From assembly GCA_963752255.1 (NCBI GenBank), contig CAVVXT010000019.1, positions 128,001 to 192,000 on the forward strand: a stretch of DNA of 64,000 bases, written 5' to 3'. The notes under the pieces are model-generated. The model was not told where the DNA came from and did not search any database. It saw only the letters and a list, made by a program, of their open reading frames with translations. The position numbers and the translations under genes were made by a program. Below are positions 51,751 through 61,380 of the stretch, piece after piece (the first letter of the stretch is position 1; each line of letters opens with the position of its first letter). This DNA is from Nitrososphaeria archaeon. Its GTDB lineage: Archaea > Thermoproteota > Nitrososphaeria > JACIWG01.

Positions 51751-52554
51751 ATGAAGACCTTCAAGATCATTGCTTTTTCAGATGTCACATTATGGAGTAA
51801 ATTACCTGAGGGATTAACTAACATTAAGAAATGGCTAAGCATAAAGTCCACAAATTCTCCTTTATCAACATACAGCTATGAAGAAATAGTTGACATCTTA
51901 AAACCAGATGTAACAATTTTAGCAGGAGATTATGACGAAGACTTTTATGATAGATTTTATGTTGGCTTCTACAAGTTCCTAAAATACGCTGGAGAAAGAT
52001 CAAAAGTGCTTGTAATCACAGGTAATCATGAAGACCCGAAATTCGGGGGCAGCGTAATCTTATATTCAGCAGAAAAAGTAAACAATATCAAAGGTTGCAG
52101 AGAGATATCAGGAAAAAGAATTAAAGTGAACGGTTTTTCCTTTCTCGGATTAGGATACTATAATACATATCATAAAATAAAACCTTTAATTGAAAAATAT
52201 TCTGAAAAGGTCGACATAATTGTATCCCATTGTGATCTCCAAAGATTACCTGCACTTTCTAACATTAAACCTAAACTAATTATTAACGGTCATTCTCGCT
52301 CGGGAAAGGTTTTAGTCAGAGACGTGCCAGTTATTCTTACTAACAGATTGAAATTTGTCTTGATTGAATTTAAAAATAAAAGACTTTCAAACATTCAAGA
52401 ATATAAATATCCATTCATAAAAGATGGAAAAAACTGGAGCATGATTGTAGAAAATAGTCGTAATCCATATCGTTATAGAATTATACATTCAGATTATGAT
52501 CCTGAGCCGAATTACGATTGGGTTAGTAAATATAAGTGGTTTAGAACTTTGTAG
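51751..52554 (+). CDS. Calcineurin-like metallophosphoesterase
   Basis: AFSD, LAGD, GNHE, VSH, NGHS motifs in order. Confidence 0.82.
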   Translation: MKTFKIIAFSDVTLWSKLPEGLTNIKKWLSIKSTNSPLSTYSYEEIVDILKPDVTILAGDYDEDFYDRFYVGFYKFLKYAGERSKVLVITGNHEDPKFGGSVILYSAEKVNNIKGCREISGKRIKVNGFSFLGLGYYNTYHKIKPLIEKYSEKVDIIVSHCDLQRLPALSNIKPKLIINGHSRSGKVLVRDVPVILTNRLKFVLIEFKNKRLSNIQEYKYPFIKDGKNWSMIVENSRNPYRYRIIHSDYDPEPNYDWVSKYKWFRTL

Positions 52555-52637
52555 AAATATATAAACATCCTTTTACTCTCATCCGGATAGCAAATTTAAA
52601 AAACATTATTAATCTATGATCCGATAATTTATCTGCT

Positions 52638-53582
52638 TTGAGCAACCTAAACCCTTCAATAATATCACGTTTGGCAAATATAAAAGCCACATATGAACAT
52701 GCTTTACTAATACTGACTAATCCAACGCCTTTGGATGGAGGGATTGCACTACTCCTTATGGATAATACGTTAGAAGCCGCTTTCAAGTTGGTTTTGGACA
52801 AGAAAGACGAATGGAAAAATATACAAAAAGGAGATGAAGATTTTCCGATGATATTGAATAAAGTGATTCAAACCGAGGAATTAAATGGGTTAAGAGAATA
52901 TCATATGCAACTAATAACATTACGTAAGGTCAGAAATTCCTTTCAACATCAAGGGATTATTCCAGATTTAAACACAATCCTAAACGATTATAGACTGCTA
53001 ACTGAACTTGCACTTAAGTTAATCTCGATGAATTATTTCCTAATCAAGTGGGAAGACGTATCTCTGTCGTTACTAATTAAAAGCGAATGGATAAGAAAAA
53101 TATATGGGAAAGCGGAGGCTGCCTTCACAGAAGGAGATTATGCCGCAGCTGCTGCTTATCTAATCTACACTTTTGAGCTTGTTAAGAGTATTGCAAGACT
53201 TCAGATATTTGGTTCAGGTCTTACTTCTCATAGAGTAGCAGTCAAAGAGAAATTCAAAGATAATCCTCTTGCAGACTATCTCTTTACCTTGGATGAGGAG
53301 GTGGAGGTCTTCAAGCTGGGGCTAAATTATCTGGACTTACGTAATTACTTTGATTTAGCTCAAGAAGTTGGAATAGACAGTATTTTGTATGAATTTAAAA
53401 ACAAGGAAGAAAATGTGGTTATCAATGAATTCAAGTTAAAATTGGCAGAGGCTAAAGACGACAATATTCTGAAACAATGGTATATTCACGCACGAGATCC
53501 TATCTTGAGATTTGTGATCAGAATGGAAGCAAGTTGGCGGTTATATAACATCTGGAAAGTCATGGAACGTGAGGGACCATAG
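52638..53582 (+). CDS. Putative HEPN-domain protein
   Basis: ALLLMDNTLE...F..IL...RKVRNSFQH (Rx4H). Confidence 0.6.
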   Translation: MSNLNPSIISRLANIKATYEHALLILTNPTPLDGGIALLLMDNTLEAAFKLVLDKKDEWKNIQKGDEDFPMILNKVIQTEELNGLREYHMQLITLRKVRNSFQHQGIIPDLNTILNDYRLLTELALKLISMNYFLIKWEDVSLSLLIKSEWIRKIYGKAEAAFTEGDYAAAAAYLIYTFELVKSIARLQIFGSGLTSHRVAVKEKFKDNPLADYLFTLDEEVEVFKLGLNYLDLRNYFDLAQEVGIDSILYEFKNKEENVVINEFKLKLAEAKDDNILKQWYIHARDPILRFVIRMEASWRLYNIWKVMEREGP

Positions 53583-53745
53583 GCATGATTATTGTATTTA
53601 AAATCCTTGTAGATACCGATTACGCTGCATACAGCACGAGTTGCAATATTTCATAGAACAAATTAAAACGTAGTGTATAAATACGAATCTGCATTAAATT
53701 TTATAGAAAAAAGTCCAACATACGAATTACTGTCTCATGAGCAAG

Positions 53746-53800
53746 TGGACCGAGCGGGATTTGAACCGAATTGGGTTTAAGTCTCTAAATAAAATGAGTT
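53746..53800 (-). repeat. att-like site: tRNA-Ala-like 3' fragment plus conserved element-end sequence
   Basis: Minus strand reads GGTTCAAATCCCGCTCGGTCCA; inverted arms ttgaacc-N6-ggtttaa. Confidence 0.7.
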
Positions 53801-53920
53801 GTTCAACTGTTTTGGTATTAATATTTCTGATGGGTTCTGTTAAGTTGACAGGGGGGTTAATTGCCCTGTTAAGTGGCGGGTGCCGGTTTGCGTTCTGAAT
53901 CACGGTCAGCCACTAATGCT

Positions 53921-54883
53921 TCATGGAACTGCCGTTATCGAGATTGTCACGGTGCCATAGGGGGCAACAGTGCTCTTTACCTGACCATTTCCAATAGCTG
54001 TAAGGTTACCGCTGCTGGTGTCCATTTTCTGGACAGTCAAGCTGAGTATAGCTTCCCCAGAGGGATTCCAATCCGATATTAGAATCCAGCCGTTTCCATT
54101 ACCGTAGTAGCATTTTAGAAACGCTTGATTGGCGGTGGTGTTCGAGTAGCCGATTGCGGTTGCATTCCACGGACCATTGTACTCAACATCTATTCTGAAG
54201 GTCACGAGTGGATTTTCCTGAGTGGCTGCAGGAGAACATGTGACCATTGATATAACTGTGGTCTTTGCTGTAACTGTGACCGTTGTCTTTATCGTAAGGT
54301 TTTCGCCTGTGACTCCGATTAACAGCGTGTACGTTCCTTGTGTTATGTTTACTTTAAGATATGAACTTGTCACCGCCCACCAGTAAAGAGTGCCTAACTG
54401 TCCCTGAGGACCAGGCTGAGACGTTTGAGTCGAATGCCCAAGCTGGTACGCTAACCCCCAGACCTGCTGGTTTTGAGAATTAAAAATGTCCAATTCTACT
54501 TGCCCAACGTTCGGTTCCTGTGGCCCTGTCAGATTGAAGCGTACCCAGATGTAGCCACCAAGATTCACAGACGTACCTGAAAGTGTAACCTCCAGTTCCA
54601 GCCCTGAGGTTTCATTGGTCAGCGTAGGACCGCTGAACTCTGCGGGTGGCGTAGCCGTATTGGTACCGTTAAACTCTGTTGACGTCGAAGTTGTAGTGGT
54701 GGTCGTCGAAGTTGTAAATGTAATGTTTGGCGAGCTTGTGGAAATAGTTAAAGTGCCCGCTGAACTTCTGAATAATGCTGGGTTAAAGTAGCTTATACTA
54801 CCAACAACTACAGCCGTAACTATAAGGGCGACAAAAGCTATCTTATAGGAGGATTTATCAAACGATTGTTTGATCGCATCACT
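53921..54883 (-). CDS. Thr-rich secreted/cell-surface protein; the reading frame extends about 105 codons upstream of the track start, and the ATG near 54880 is out of frame
   Basis: In-frame signal/TM (IAFVALIVTAVVVG) and Thr/Ser linker upstream of 54568. Confidence 0.65.
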   Translation of the reverse strand, partial: SDAIKQSFDKSSYKIAFVALIVTAVVVGSISYFNPALFRSSAGTLTISTSSPNITFTTSTTTTTTSTSTEFNGTNTATPPAEFSGPTLTNETSGLELEVTLSGTSVNLGGYIWVRFNLTGPQEPNVGQVELDIFNSQNQQVWGLAYQLGHSTQTSQPGPQGQLGTLYWWAVTSSYLKVNITQGTYTLLIGVTGENLTIKTTVTVTAKTTVISMVTCSPAATQENPLVTFRIDVEYNGPWNATAIGYSNTTANQAFLKCYYGNGNGWILISDWNPSGEAILSLTVQKMDTSSGNLTAIGNGQVKSTVAPYGTVTISITAVP

Positions 54884-54898
54884 ACTCCTTTAATGTGG

Positions 54899-55429
54899 TT
54901 ACGGTATACTGGTTACGGTTACGGTAGAGGTACTCGTCACCGTTACGGGTGCCACAGTAACAGTTACAGTAGGTCCGGATGATACAGCAGTTGCAGTAGT
55001 TGTTATAGTCACAGGACCACTTGTAGTATTCGTACCAGTAATAGATGTGGTGCCAACTGTTCCGGTTACGATAGCGGTCGTCGTCACCACTACGGTTGCG
55101 GTGCCAACTGTTTCAGTAACAGTTGTAATAGATGTAATAGGTGGAGTCGTACTAACAATAGTTGTATTAAATGTTTCAGTGGGAACGAGAATAGTCGTTG
55201 TACCAGACGAAGCTGCCTGTGAATTAGTTGGACCAGTAACTGAACCAGTGAACGTAGGTGAAGTGGTAGAACTGGTAAGTGTAGTTGTGGAACTGGCTGT
55301 TGTGGAAGACGTCTGCGCGGGCTGTAGTGGAAGAAGGTAGATTACTCCACCTGCCAGAGCCAACGCTACTACAGCAGCTACGAAAACTCCAATAACTATT
55401 TGTTTTTTATATTTTGACATTATGCTCAT
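54899..55429 (-). CDS. Membrane-anchored Thr/Ser/Val-rich surface protein
   Basis: N-terminal basic + TM segment followed by a low-complexity Thr-rich tail. Confidence 0.7.
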   Translation of the reverse strand: MSIMSKYKKQIVIGVFVAAVVALALAGGVIYLLPLQPAQTSSTTASSTTTLTSSTTSPTFTGSVTGPTNSQAASSGTTTILVPTETFNTTIVSTTPPITSITTVTETVGTATVVVTTTAIVTGTVGTTSITGTNTTSGPVTITTTATAVSSGPTVTVTVAPVTVTSTSTVTVTSIP

Positions 55430-55620
55430 CAGAGCAATATACTTTGACGTGGATATAGCGCTATTAATAGAAAGACAGGAAAGTGCAGTTTTCTAATTTT
55501 AGAAAACGTTCTTCTAATTTTAGAAATTGTGGTTCTGTTATCTCTGTGGTTGACTGATGTCTGTTGTTACCTTTCGGTTCATAAGCAGGTTTTAAAAGTG
55601 GTTCTGTTAACAAATACAAT

Positions 55621-55812
55621 ATGATCAGTGACGACGAATATAGAACAAAGATTAGGGGGATAGCTGATGATATACGTGCACGGACTAAAGGGACTGCGAC
55701 GGAAAAACAGCTGGCTGTAATCGAAGGTTTGCTTGAGTTGAGTCTCAGCGGTTTGAACGAAATAAACAAGAGAGTAACAAAATTAGAGGAGAAAAGCAAA
55801 CATAATGTTTAG
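55621..55812 (+). CDS. Small helical hypothetical protein
   Basis: 63-codon ORF with a TATA-like box upstream. Confidence 0.5.
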   Translation: MISDDEYRTKIRGIADDIRARTKGTATEKQLAVIEGLLELSLSGLNEINKRVTKLEEKSKHNV

Positions 55813-55978
55813 TTAGAACAGTTCGACTTAAGTAAGCGTTTTGAATTAGCGTTAGCCATTTGTTTTTCCCTTCGATTTTGTAACAATAACTCTTGGATTT
55901 TTAATCAATCGATGGCTCTTTAAAATTAAATGTTCTAAGACTTATATAATTCTAAACTCATAAACATTTGATTTTTGG

Positions 55979-56170
55979 ATGGAATCTGTAACAGTAATAG
56001 GGATTAGTTTTATCATAATTGGATTTATTGCTATACTTTTAGGAATATTTTTTGAAACATTTATTCCTCATGAACTTCAAGGAATCTCAATATCAGTATG
56101 GTTAGGAATAATTTTAATTATTTTAGGAGCCATAGCTATTTATTCAGAACGAAATAGTAATTCTTTGTAG
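55979..56170 (+). CDS. Small 2-TM membrane protein
   Basis: Hydrophobicity pattern. Confidence 0.5.
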   Translation: MESVTVIGISFIIIGFIAILLGIFFETFIPHELQGISISVWLGIILIILGAIAIYSERNSNSL

Positions 56171-56420
56171 AAACAATATTACCTTATTTTATTATAAATT
56201 CCCCTCATTTCGGTTAATATGAAAATTATTCCTTAGCGTAAAATTAACTTGTTAGATGTTGAGTAATCGAACCATATCGCCAACTTTCACATTAAGTGTT
56301 ACAAGGTCAGGGTTGTCATCAAATCTTAAGATGAGTGAACAAACACAGCATGTCCAATTTCTGAGACCATAGGCTGACTGAATCGAGCTTTCGTGCATTC
56401 TCTTCTTTTTTTCTCTTACT

Positions 56421-57092
56421 TCATTTTATTTGAATTCTACCCTTTTCTTGGCCATATCGAGTTTCAAAGTACGGATTCCCTATGATTATAGAAACTTCTA
56501 TTATTGTAGCTACTATAATAAATATGATAAACAACGTAGATGGATAGACATATGAAGGTAGTATTATCTTAAGAAGTTGGCTTATTTGATTGATAACAAG
56601 CAAAAAAAAGTCCAATAATGCTAATGGAAAAACTATAAACATAGACCAATATCTCCATTTGCTATTGTTGGATATCTTAGCCTTTCCGCGTAAAAGATAA
56701 AACGTAACAGTTGTTAGGAAGATTAAAAAAGAAATCTGTCTTAAATATTCTTGATCTGATTGAAGGAATCTCGTTACGATAAGAAAGTATGTTGATTGAA
56801 GGAAACCTATTCCGAAAAGTAAAACGTCATCTTCTCTTTTCAATTCTTCCTCATCTGCCTTTTTAAGTTTGGCTTTGTACTTGCCCCATTTGAATATCAA
56901 TGAGGTAATGACGTTTGTTAATAGAATAGGTGAAAGACAAATCAATCCAAGTACGATGAGTATCCCTGCGAGAATGTTTCCAATTAGCAATGCTATTACT
57001 AATAGGCCGAATAATGAGAGATAAAGATAGAAAAGAATATTAAATATTGTTGTTCTTTTAGCCCTTATAGGTTTCTTTTCTTCCTTTAGCAA
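56421..57092 (-). CDS. Multi-pass membrane protein
   Basis: About 6 hydrophobic segments. Confidence 0.6.
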   Translation of the reverse strand: MLKEEKKPIRAKRTTIFNILFYLYLSLFGLLVIALLIGNILAGILIVLGLICLSPILLTNVITSLIFKWGKYKAKLKKADEEELKREDDVLLFGIGFLQSTYFLIVTRFLQSDQEYLRQISFLIFLTTVTFYLLRGKAKISNNSKWRYWSMFIVFPLALLDFFLLVINQISQLLKIILPSYVYPSTLFIIFIIVATIIEVSIIIGNPYFETRYGQEKGRIQIK

Positions 57093-57289
57093 TGAGCATT
57101 CTTCGTTTGAGACTTTCTTAAAGTTTTGTTACACTAAGAGTGATTTAGGAGTTGACACCTTTCAATTAACTTTAATTTTTAGGCTCAATCAGCCTTAAAA
57201 TTTCACTGCATTGAGAATAGGTTATCATTTATATGCAATAAAACGAAAAGCTTTAGACTCACAATATCATAATATTGTATGTTTGGACT

Positions 57290-57778
57290 TCATGAAAATG
57301 AGAGATGGAAAAAGAGAATAGCAATATAATAAATCAGCATCAAGCCTACAAACAAAGCGCCAGCAACCAACGCTGAGATTCTTCGGCTGTATTTTCGTCT
57401 GAGCAAAACGAATCCTCCAACAAGCACTAAACCATCTAAACTTGGAATAACCAAGATTAAGTATTTTGGGTATTGCTGAACAATATATGCAAAAATAGCA
57501 CTCACGAAAGCCTGAAAAACCCCTTGGAAAACTACCAAAGACACTGATGAGTTCTTTATTTTTGGAATTAGAAGGATTAGTTGATAATCGAGTATGAGCA
57601 GTAGTAAGAAGGACAAGAAAGCAAGGTATTCGCCATTTTTAATTGTTGTAAAAAGTGCCGCTAAAGCACCCATAACACCAATGGCAGTAAACAATTTGTC
57701 ATTCTCATCTATGAATGCTTTCAGAGTCTTTCTGTTCGCGGGCTGTACTGGACTTGGAGTTTTTCCCGTTTCTGGCAT
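57290..57778 (-). CDS. Multi-pass membrane protein
   Basis: About 5 hydrophobic segments; SD-like GGAAGG upstream. Confidence 0.6.
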   Translation of the reverse strand: MPETGKTPSPVQPANRKTLKAFIDENDKLFTAIGVMGALAALFTTIKNGEYLAFLSFLLLLILDYQLILLIPKIKNSSVSLVVFQGVFQAFVSAIFAYIVQQYPKYLILVIPSLDGLVLVGGFVLLRRKYSRRISALVAGALFVGLMLIYYIAILFFHLSFS

Positions 57779-57866
57779 TTCCTTCCTACTGAACTGTTAC
57801 ACCATTTAATCAATTAAAAGGTTTTGTAAAGTCATTATCATTTCTTGGTTGATCGACTATCTCTTC

Positions 57867-58091
57867 CTACTTGCTCTCCCTACTTATTATCCACTGGTTC
57901 TGCCTCCCAACCCTTCTACCCTTCACCTTCCCTTCTGCCATAAGCTTGTACAGGTGTATTTGTGCCGTGTTCCAGGAGACGCTGACTTGTCTTGCAACCA
58001 TTTCTGTTGTAACAGGCCAGTCTTGTTCAGCCAAATATTCGACGACTCCCTTGTCTATGGCTTCACAGCTCCTTCCACTATGAGGTTCCAT
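57867..58091 (-). CDS. Winged-helix DNA-binding protein
   Basis: PVTTEMVARQVSVSWNTAQIHLYKL..EGKV..RRVGR. Confidence 0.75.
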   Translation of the reverse strand: MEPHSGRSCEAIDKGVVEYLAEQDWPVTTEMVARQVSVSWNTAQIHLYKLMAEGKVKGRRVGRQNQWIISRESK

Positions 58092-58135
58092 ATGACATCT
58101 CGTTATAGTATGTTTGTGAAAAGCTATATAAGTTT

Positions 58136-58366
58136 ATGCATGAACATATGATTGAACATATGTCCGATTATATGTTAGGCTTGGACGCCCCCAACGTTTC
58201 GTTCGAATACCTTAAAAGTGTAGCAGAAGCTCTTAACAGGTTAACAAAAATCTTTCTCTCCCAAGAAGAACTTACCCTGAAAGCTACACCTGCACTCGCA
58301 AGACTTGAAGGAGCTAACCATCGGGGACGTGCTGTCCGCTTGGCGGCAGGCGTAAGAAATCTATGA
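58136..58366 (+). CDS. Small hypothetical protein
   Basis: Divergent from the wHTH gene; ATGA overlap with the next gene. Confidence 0.45.
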   Translation: MHEHMIEHMSDYMLGLDAPNVSFEYLKSVAEALNRLTKIFLSQEELTLKATPALARLEGANHRGRAVRLAAGVRNL

Positions 58367-59244
58367 AAATCCAAGTGCTTGGTTTAGGTGTTGTAGGTTT
58401 GGCTCAAGCCTACCTTTTGAACAGGTTAGGCCATAGCGTGTACGGCTTCGATATCGTAAAAAGGGAGTTACCTGAGTACATTAAAGCCGTAGATCCACCA
58501 GTTCGAGATGTTCACTTTACTTTCGTCTGCGTTCCAACACAGAACGTAGAAGAATCCATCAGCATGCTGGTAGATCATAAAGTAGGCGGTCTGTATGTGA
58601 TAAAAAGCACAGTTCCTCCTGAAACTGCAGAAGACTTGATGGAGAAGTATGATGTCCATATATGCTCCAATCCTGAGTTTCTAAGAGAAGCTTTCTCTTA
58701 CGAAGATGCGTTGAACCCCGTCCGTCTTATAATAGGTGCCTGCTGTAGGGAGCATGGAGATATGTTAAGGTCACTCTATCTTCCTCTACGTAAGCCAATT
58801 TTCATGACGACAACAGTTGAAGCTGAAACAGTAAAATTAATCGCTGATGCCTATTCGGAAACTATGACCGGCTTTTGGAGTGAAATGTACGAGCTCACCA
58901 AAAAGGGGAACTTAGATATCAATTTGGCAAAAATGGTTACGGAAGATAAAAGGTACCGCAAATTAGGAACTAAAATGTTTGGGAAAACATTCAGGAAGGC
59001 GGGCGTTGGATCGAGCTTTCCAAACTGGGTGTACGTCGAAAAAGAGGACACCGTCTACAGCAAAAAATACGTGAACAGGTGGACGGAGCCAAGCCTCATC
59101 AAAGAATGGTTTGCAGCAGACACGAGAGAGGAAGGATACAGGCTTTTAGGAGAAGTCAAGCCGACATCAGGAGGAACAGCAGGAGTTATCTATTCCCAAA
59201 CGAGGAAGAAATGGATTGTCGGAGAATACAGCGAAGGCAAATAA
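58363..59244 (+). CDS. UDP-glucose/GDP-mannose dehydrogenase-like protein with a replaced C-terminus
   Basis: GLGVVG, CVPT, IKSTVPP, NPEFLRE, AETVK; no GGxCxPKD motif. Confidence 0.75.
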   Translation: MKIQVLGLGVVGLAQAYLLNRLGHSVYGFDIVKRELPEYIKAVDPPVRDVHFTFVCVPTQNVEESISMLVDHKVGGLYVIKSTVPPETAEDLMEKYDVHICSNPEFLREAFSYEDALNPVRLIIGACCREHGDMLRSLYLPLRKPIFMTTTVEAETVKLIADAYSETMTGFWSEMYELTKKGNLDINLAKMVTEDKRYRKLGTKMFGKTFRKAGVGSSFPNWVYVEKEDTVYSKKYVNRWTEPSLIKEWFAADTREEGYRLLGEVKPTSGGTAGVIYSQTRKKWIVGEYSEGK

Positions 59245-59342
59245 TCAAATAGATAATCAACCTTTCAGCCTATTGAAAGCGTGAGGTTCAATCAGTTAAC
59301 GAATAAAAACTTACTAAGAGATTTTGTTTAACTTAGTTAGAG

Positions 59343-59402
59343 ATTAACTTTTACTCGTAGTGTAATAATTAAATTAACTTTTACTTGTACGGTAATAATT
59401 AA
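59343..59402 (+). repeat. Two tandem imperfect 30-bp direct repeats
   Basis: attaacttttactcgtagtgtaataattaa / attaacttttacttgtacggtaataattaa. Confidence 0.75.
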
Positions 59403-59685
59403 GTTCAAATGTTCAAATGTCTGTTCACCAAACAGCAAAAAGTTTTTCCTCTATATATAGGAAAACACGCTTGTTTTCCTAAGGTGTACTGGGCTTTATT
59501 GGGGGAACTGCTATAATAGGGATGGACGTTTTTTCTATTTGGCGATCGCCTTAGCGATTATAAAGACGCTTAGGTAATTAATTTATACGCTGAGTGTAAA
59601 AGTGGCTCAACCATGTACATGATCTCGTGGCAGCGTTCAGCATGCTTCTTTATCGCTTCAAAGCTGTCTAAAAGTTCAACCAAGT

Positions 59686-60582
59686 TTAATCACCCTTCTT
59701 TTGGAAGTTTTTGAATCCAGGGGCATTCGGGTTCCAGTAGTTTAAGAAAGCGTCGATCAAGGACTGTAAGACTTCACAGTCCTTGCCGTAGAGCAGCCTT
59801 ACTGGAACGTGGATGACTTTAATTCCATGGTTCTTCAAGAGCCCTTTCTCCTTCATAGGGTTAAGGACGACCTTCTTGTCAAGCTGGATGGCGACGTTTC
59901 CTATCAGAAAGTCTACAACGTAAGGCCTTTTCTTTTTCCTTGGCAACAGCACTTCTTCAGGGCCCGGCTGGAATGTAACCGCAGTCTCAGGGTAGACCTT
60001 GATCTCGGAAAGCAGCGCAGTGAAATCGGCTATAGGATTCTTTTCAGTTTTAGGAGTTTTTGATCCTACTTTTGTGGGCTTTGCGGTTATGCTATCTATG
60101 TCCTCGGCTGTGCCCTCTGCTGCGACCTGTGCAGCACCTTCTCCTTTCGTAGTCACCGTTTGTAAAGAATGATTTTGTCCTTTTGCCGCTGTTGATTCAC
60201 CACCTTTTTTACCCCGGCCTTGCATCACCTCGTTTTTGTAATCGTCGGATAACAGTTCCTCTATCCTTCTAAGGGAGACTTCAAGAAGCACCGCCAGCCT
60301 TTTAGCAACCTTACCCCTCTCGATATGTTCTTTAGCAACAAGCGCTTTGGCAGTGTCGTTTATCTGAGCCTTCCACCAGGCTTCATCTTTCGTTCCATGT
60401 ATGTTGTCGGATATCTTCTTGAGATGGAAGTCAACGTCGTCCTCAACAATAACAACCTTCTCAGGCCAGTTTGGATTAGCCTTCTTTCTCGTCTCACCCG
60501 CGATAATACGCCCTGACTGATCCTTGATAACACTGTGAAGGGAATCCACGTTTCCTGTAACTTTCCCTAAGCTGCAGGACAA
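59686..60582 (-). CDS. ParB/Srx-like N-terminal domain protein, possibly with a degenerate C-terminal nuclease-like domain
   Basis: VIKDQSGRIIAGETR, SDNIH, HTH-like segment; C-terminal YVVDFLIGNVAIQLD...GIKVIHV. Confidence 0.55.
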   Translation of the reverse strand: MSCSLGKVTGNVDSLHSVIKDQSGRIIAGETRKKANPNWPEKVVIVEDDVDFHLKKISDNIHGTKDEAWWKAQINDTAKALVAKEHIERGKVAKRLAVLLEVSLRRIEELLSDDYKNEVMQGRGKKGGESTAAKGQNHSLQTVTTKGEGAAQVAAEGTAEDIDSITAKPTKVGSKTPKTEKNPIADFTALLSEIKVYPETAVTFQPGPEEVLLPRKKKRPYVVDFLIGNVAIQLDKKVVLNPMKEKGLLKNHGIKVIHVPVRLLYGKDCEVLQSLIDAFLNYWNPNAPGFKNFQKKGD

Positions 60583-60618
60583 TATTATCCTCAGGTTTAA
60601 CTTCTTTACTTTCTTCAG

Positions 60619-61035
60619 TCAATCAAAAGCACTTTTTCCTTTTGTTTCTTCCTTCTTCTCAAAGCCCGCGCCAGCCGGTAAGTAACTCGAAGAGCTCTGC
60701 ATATCCTGCTTTAATGATGTAGCAGATACATCTTCAGGAGTCAGTGAAAGAGGCATATCTATTCGCTCTATCTTCCAGGCCCTGTTGTCGAGCGTGTCCA
60801 GAAGGACAATTAACACTTCTCCCTCAGAGAGAGGAGGGTTAGAGTCTATCCAGGCCTGAGAGACTGAGATAGGTTTTTCGAGGCCCTCAATCTGGACCTG
60901 ATACCATCCACTTTCAAGGTCACCTACAAAGTTAAGAAATCGTCCCTGCACGAGCCTGCACCTCGACTCGAGAACGCCGCAGATTCCGACTTTGATATAA
61001 CTTTTGTTCCCGACCTTATAAGTTTCTAAATTCAA
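60619..61035 (-). CDS. Hypothetical protein
   Basis: Co-oriented with its neighbours, GGAGG SD upstream. Confidence 0.55.
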   Translation of the reverse strand: MNLETYKVGNKSYIKVGICGVLESRCRLVQGRFLNFVGDLESGWYQVQIEGLEKPISVSQAWIDSNPPLSEGEVLIVLLDTLDNRAWKIERIDMPLSLTPEDVSATSLKQDMQSSSSYLPAGAGFEKKEETKGKSAFD

Positions 61036-61207
61036 GATCCATTACCTCCTCCGTTCTTATTATAGAAGTCAACTCTATCCTCCCTAACCCTGAGCATACC
61101 AAGTTGTGACGGCGTCTTATCTTCAATAGGTCTACAGGCCTCTTTGACTTTGCAGTGTATTCTCCGATGATTTTGTTCACGGCTTCAACGATCTCCTGGT
61201 ACTTCAA
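61016..61207 (-). CDS. Small hypothetical protein or gene remnant
   Basis: 63-codon ORF overlapping the next gene. Confidence 0.35.
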   Translation of the reverse strand: MKYQEIVEAVNKIIGEYTAKSKRPVDLLKIRRRHNLVCSGLGRIELTSIIRTEEVMDLEFRNL

Positions 61208-61380
61208 TCGATTATCATCTCATTTTGCATTTTAACAGTCTACACCACAATATCCTTGATACCTGAAAGGAAAATGATTAGGGACAGAAAATCTAATAAA
61301 AAATGTCCTTAGATTATAATTCGAGATAAATATTCAAAACATACAGGGAATATAGAAAAAAAGCTTCTTTAGTCACGATT

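Noticed and set aside
59343-59402. Mini CRISPR array
   Set aside because: The two repeats are adjacent with no spacer and no cas genes; no CRISPR array was seen anywhere in the window.
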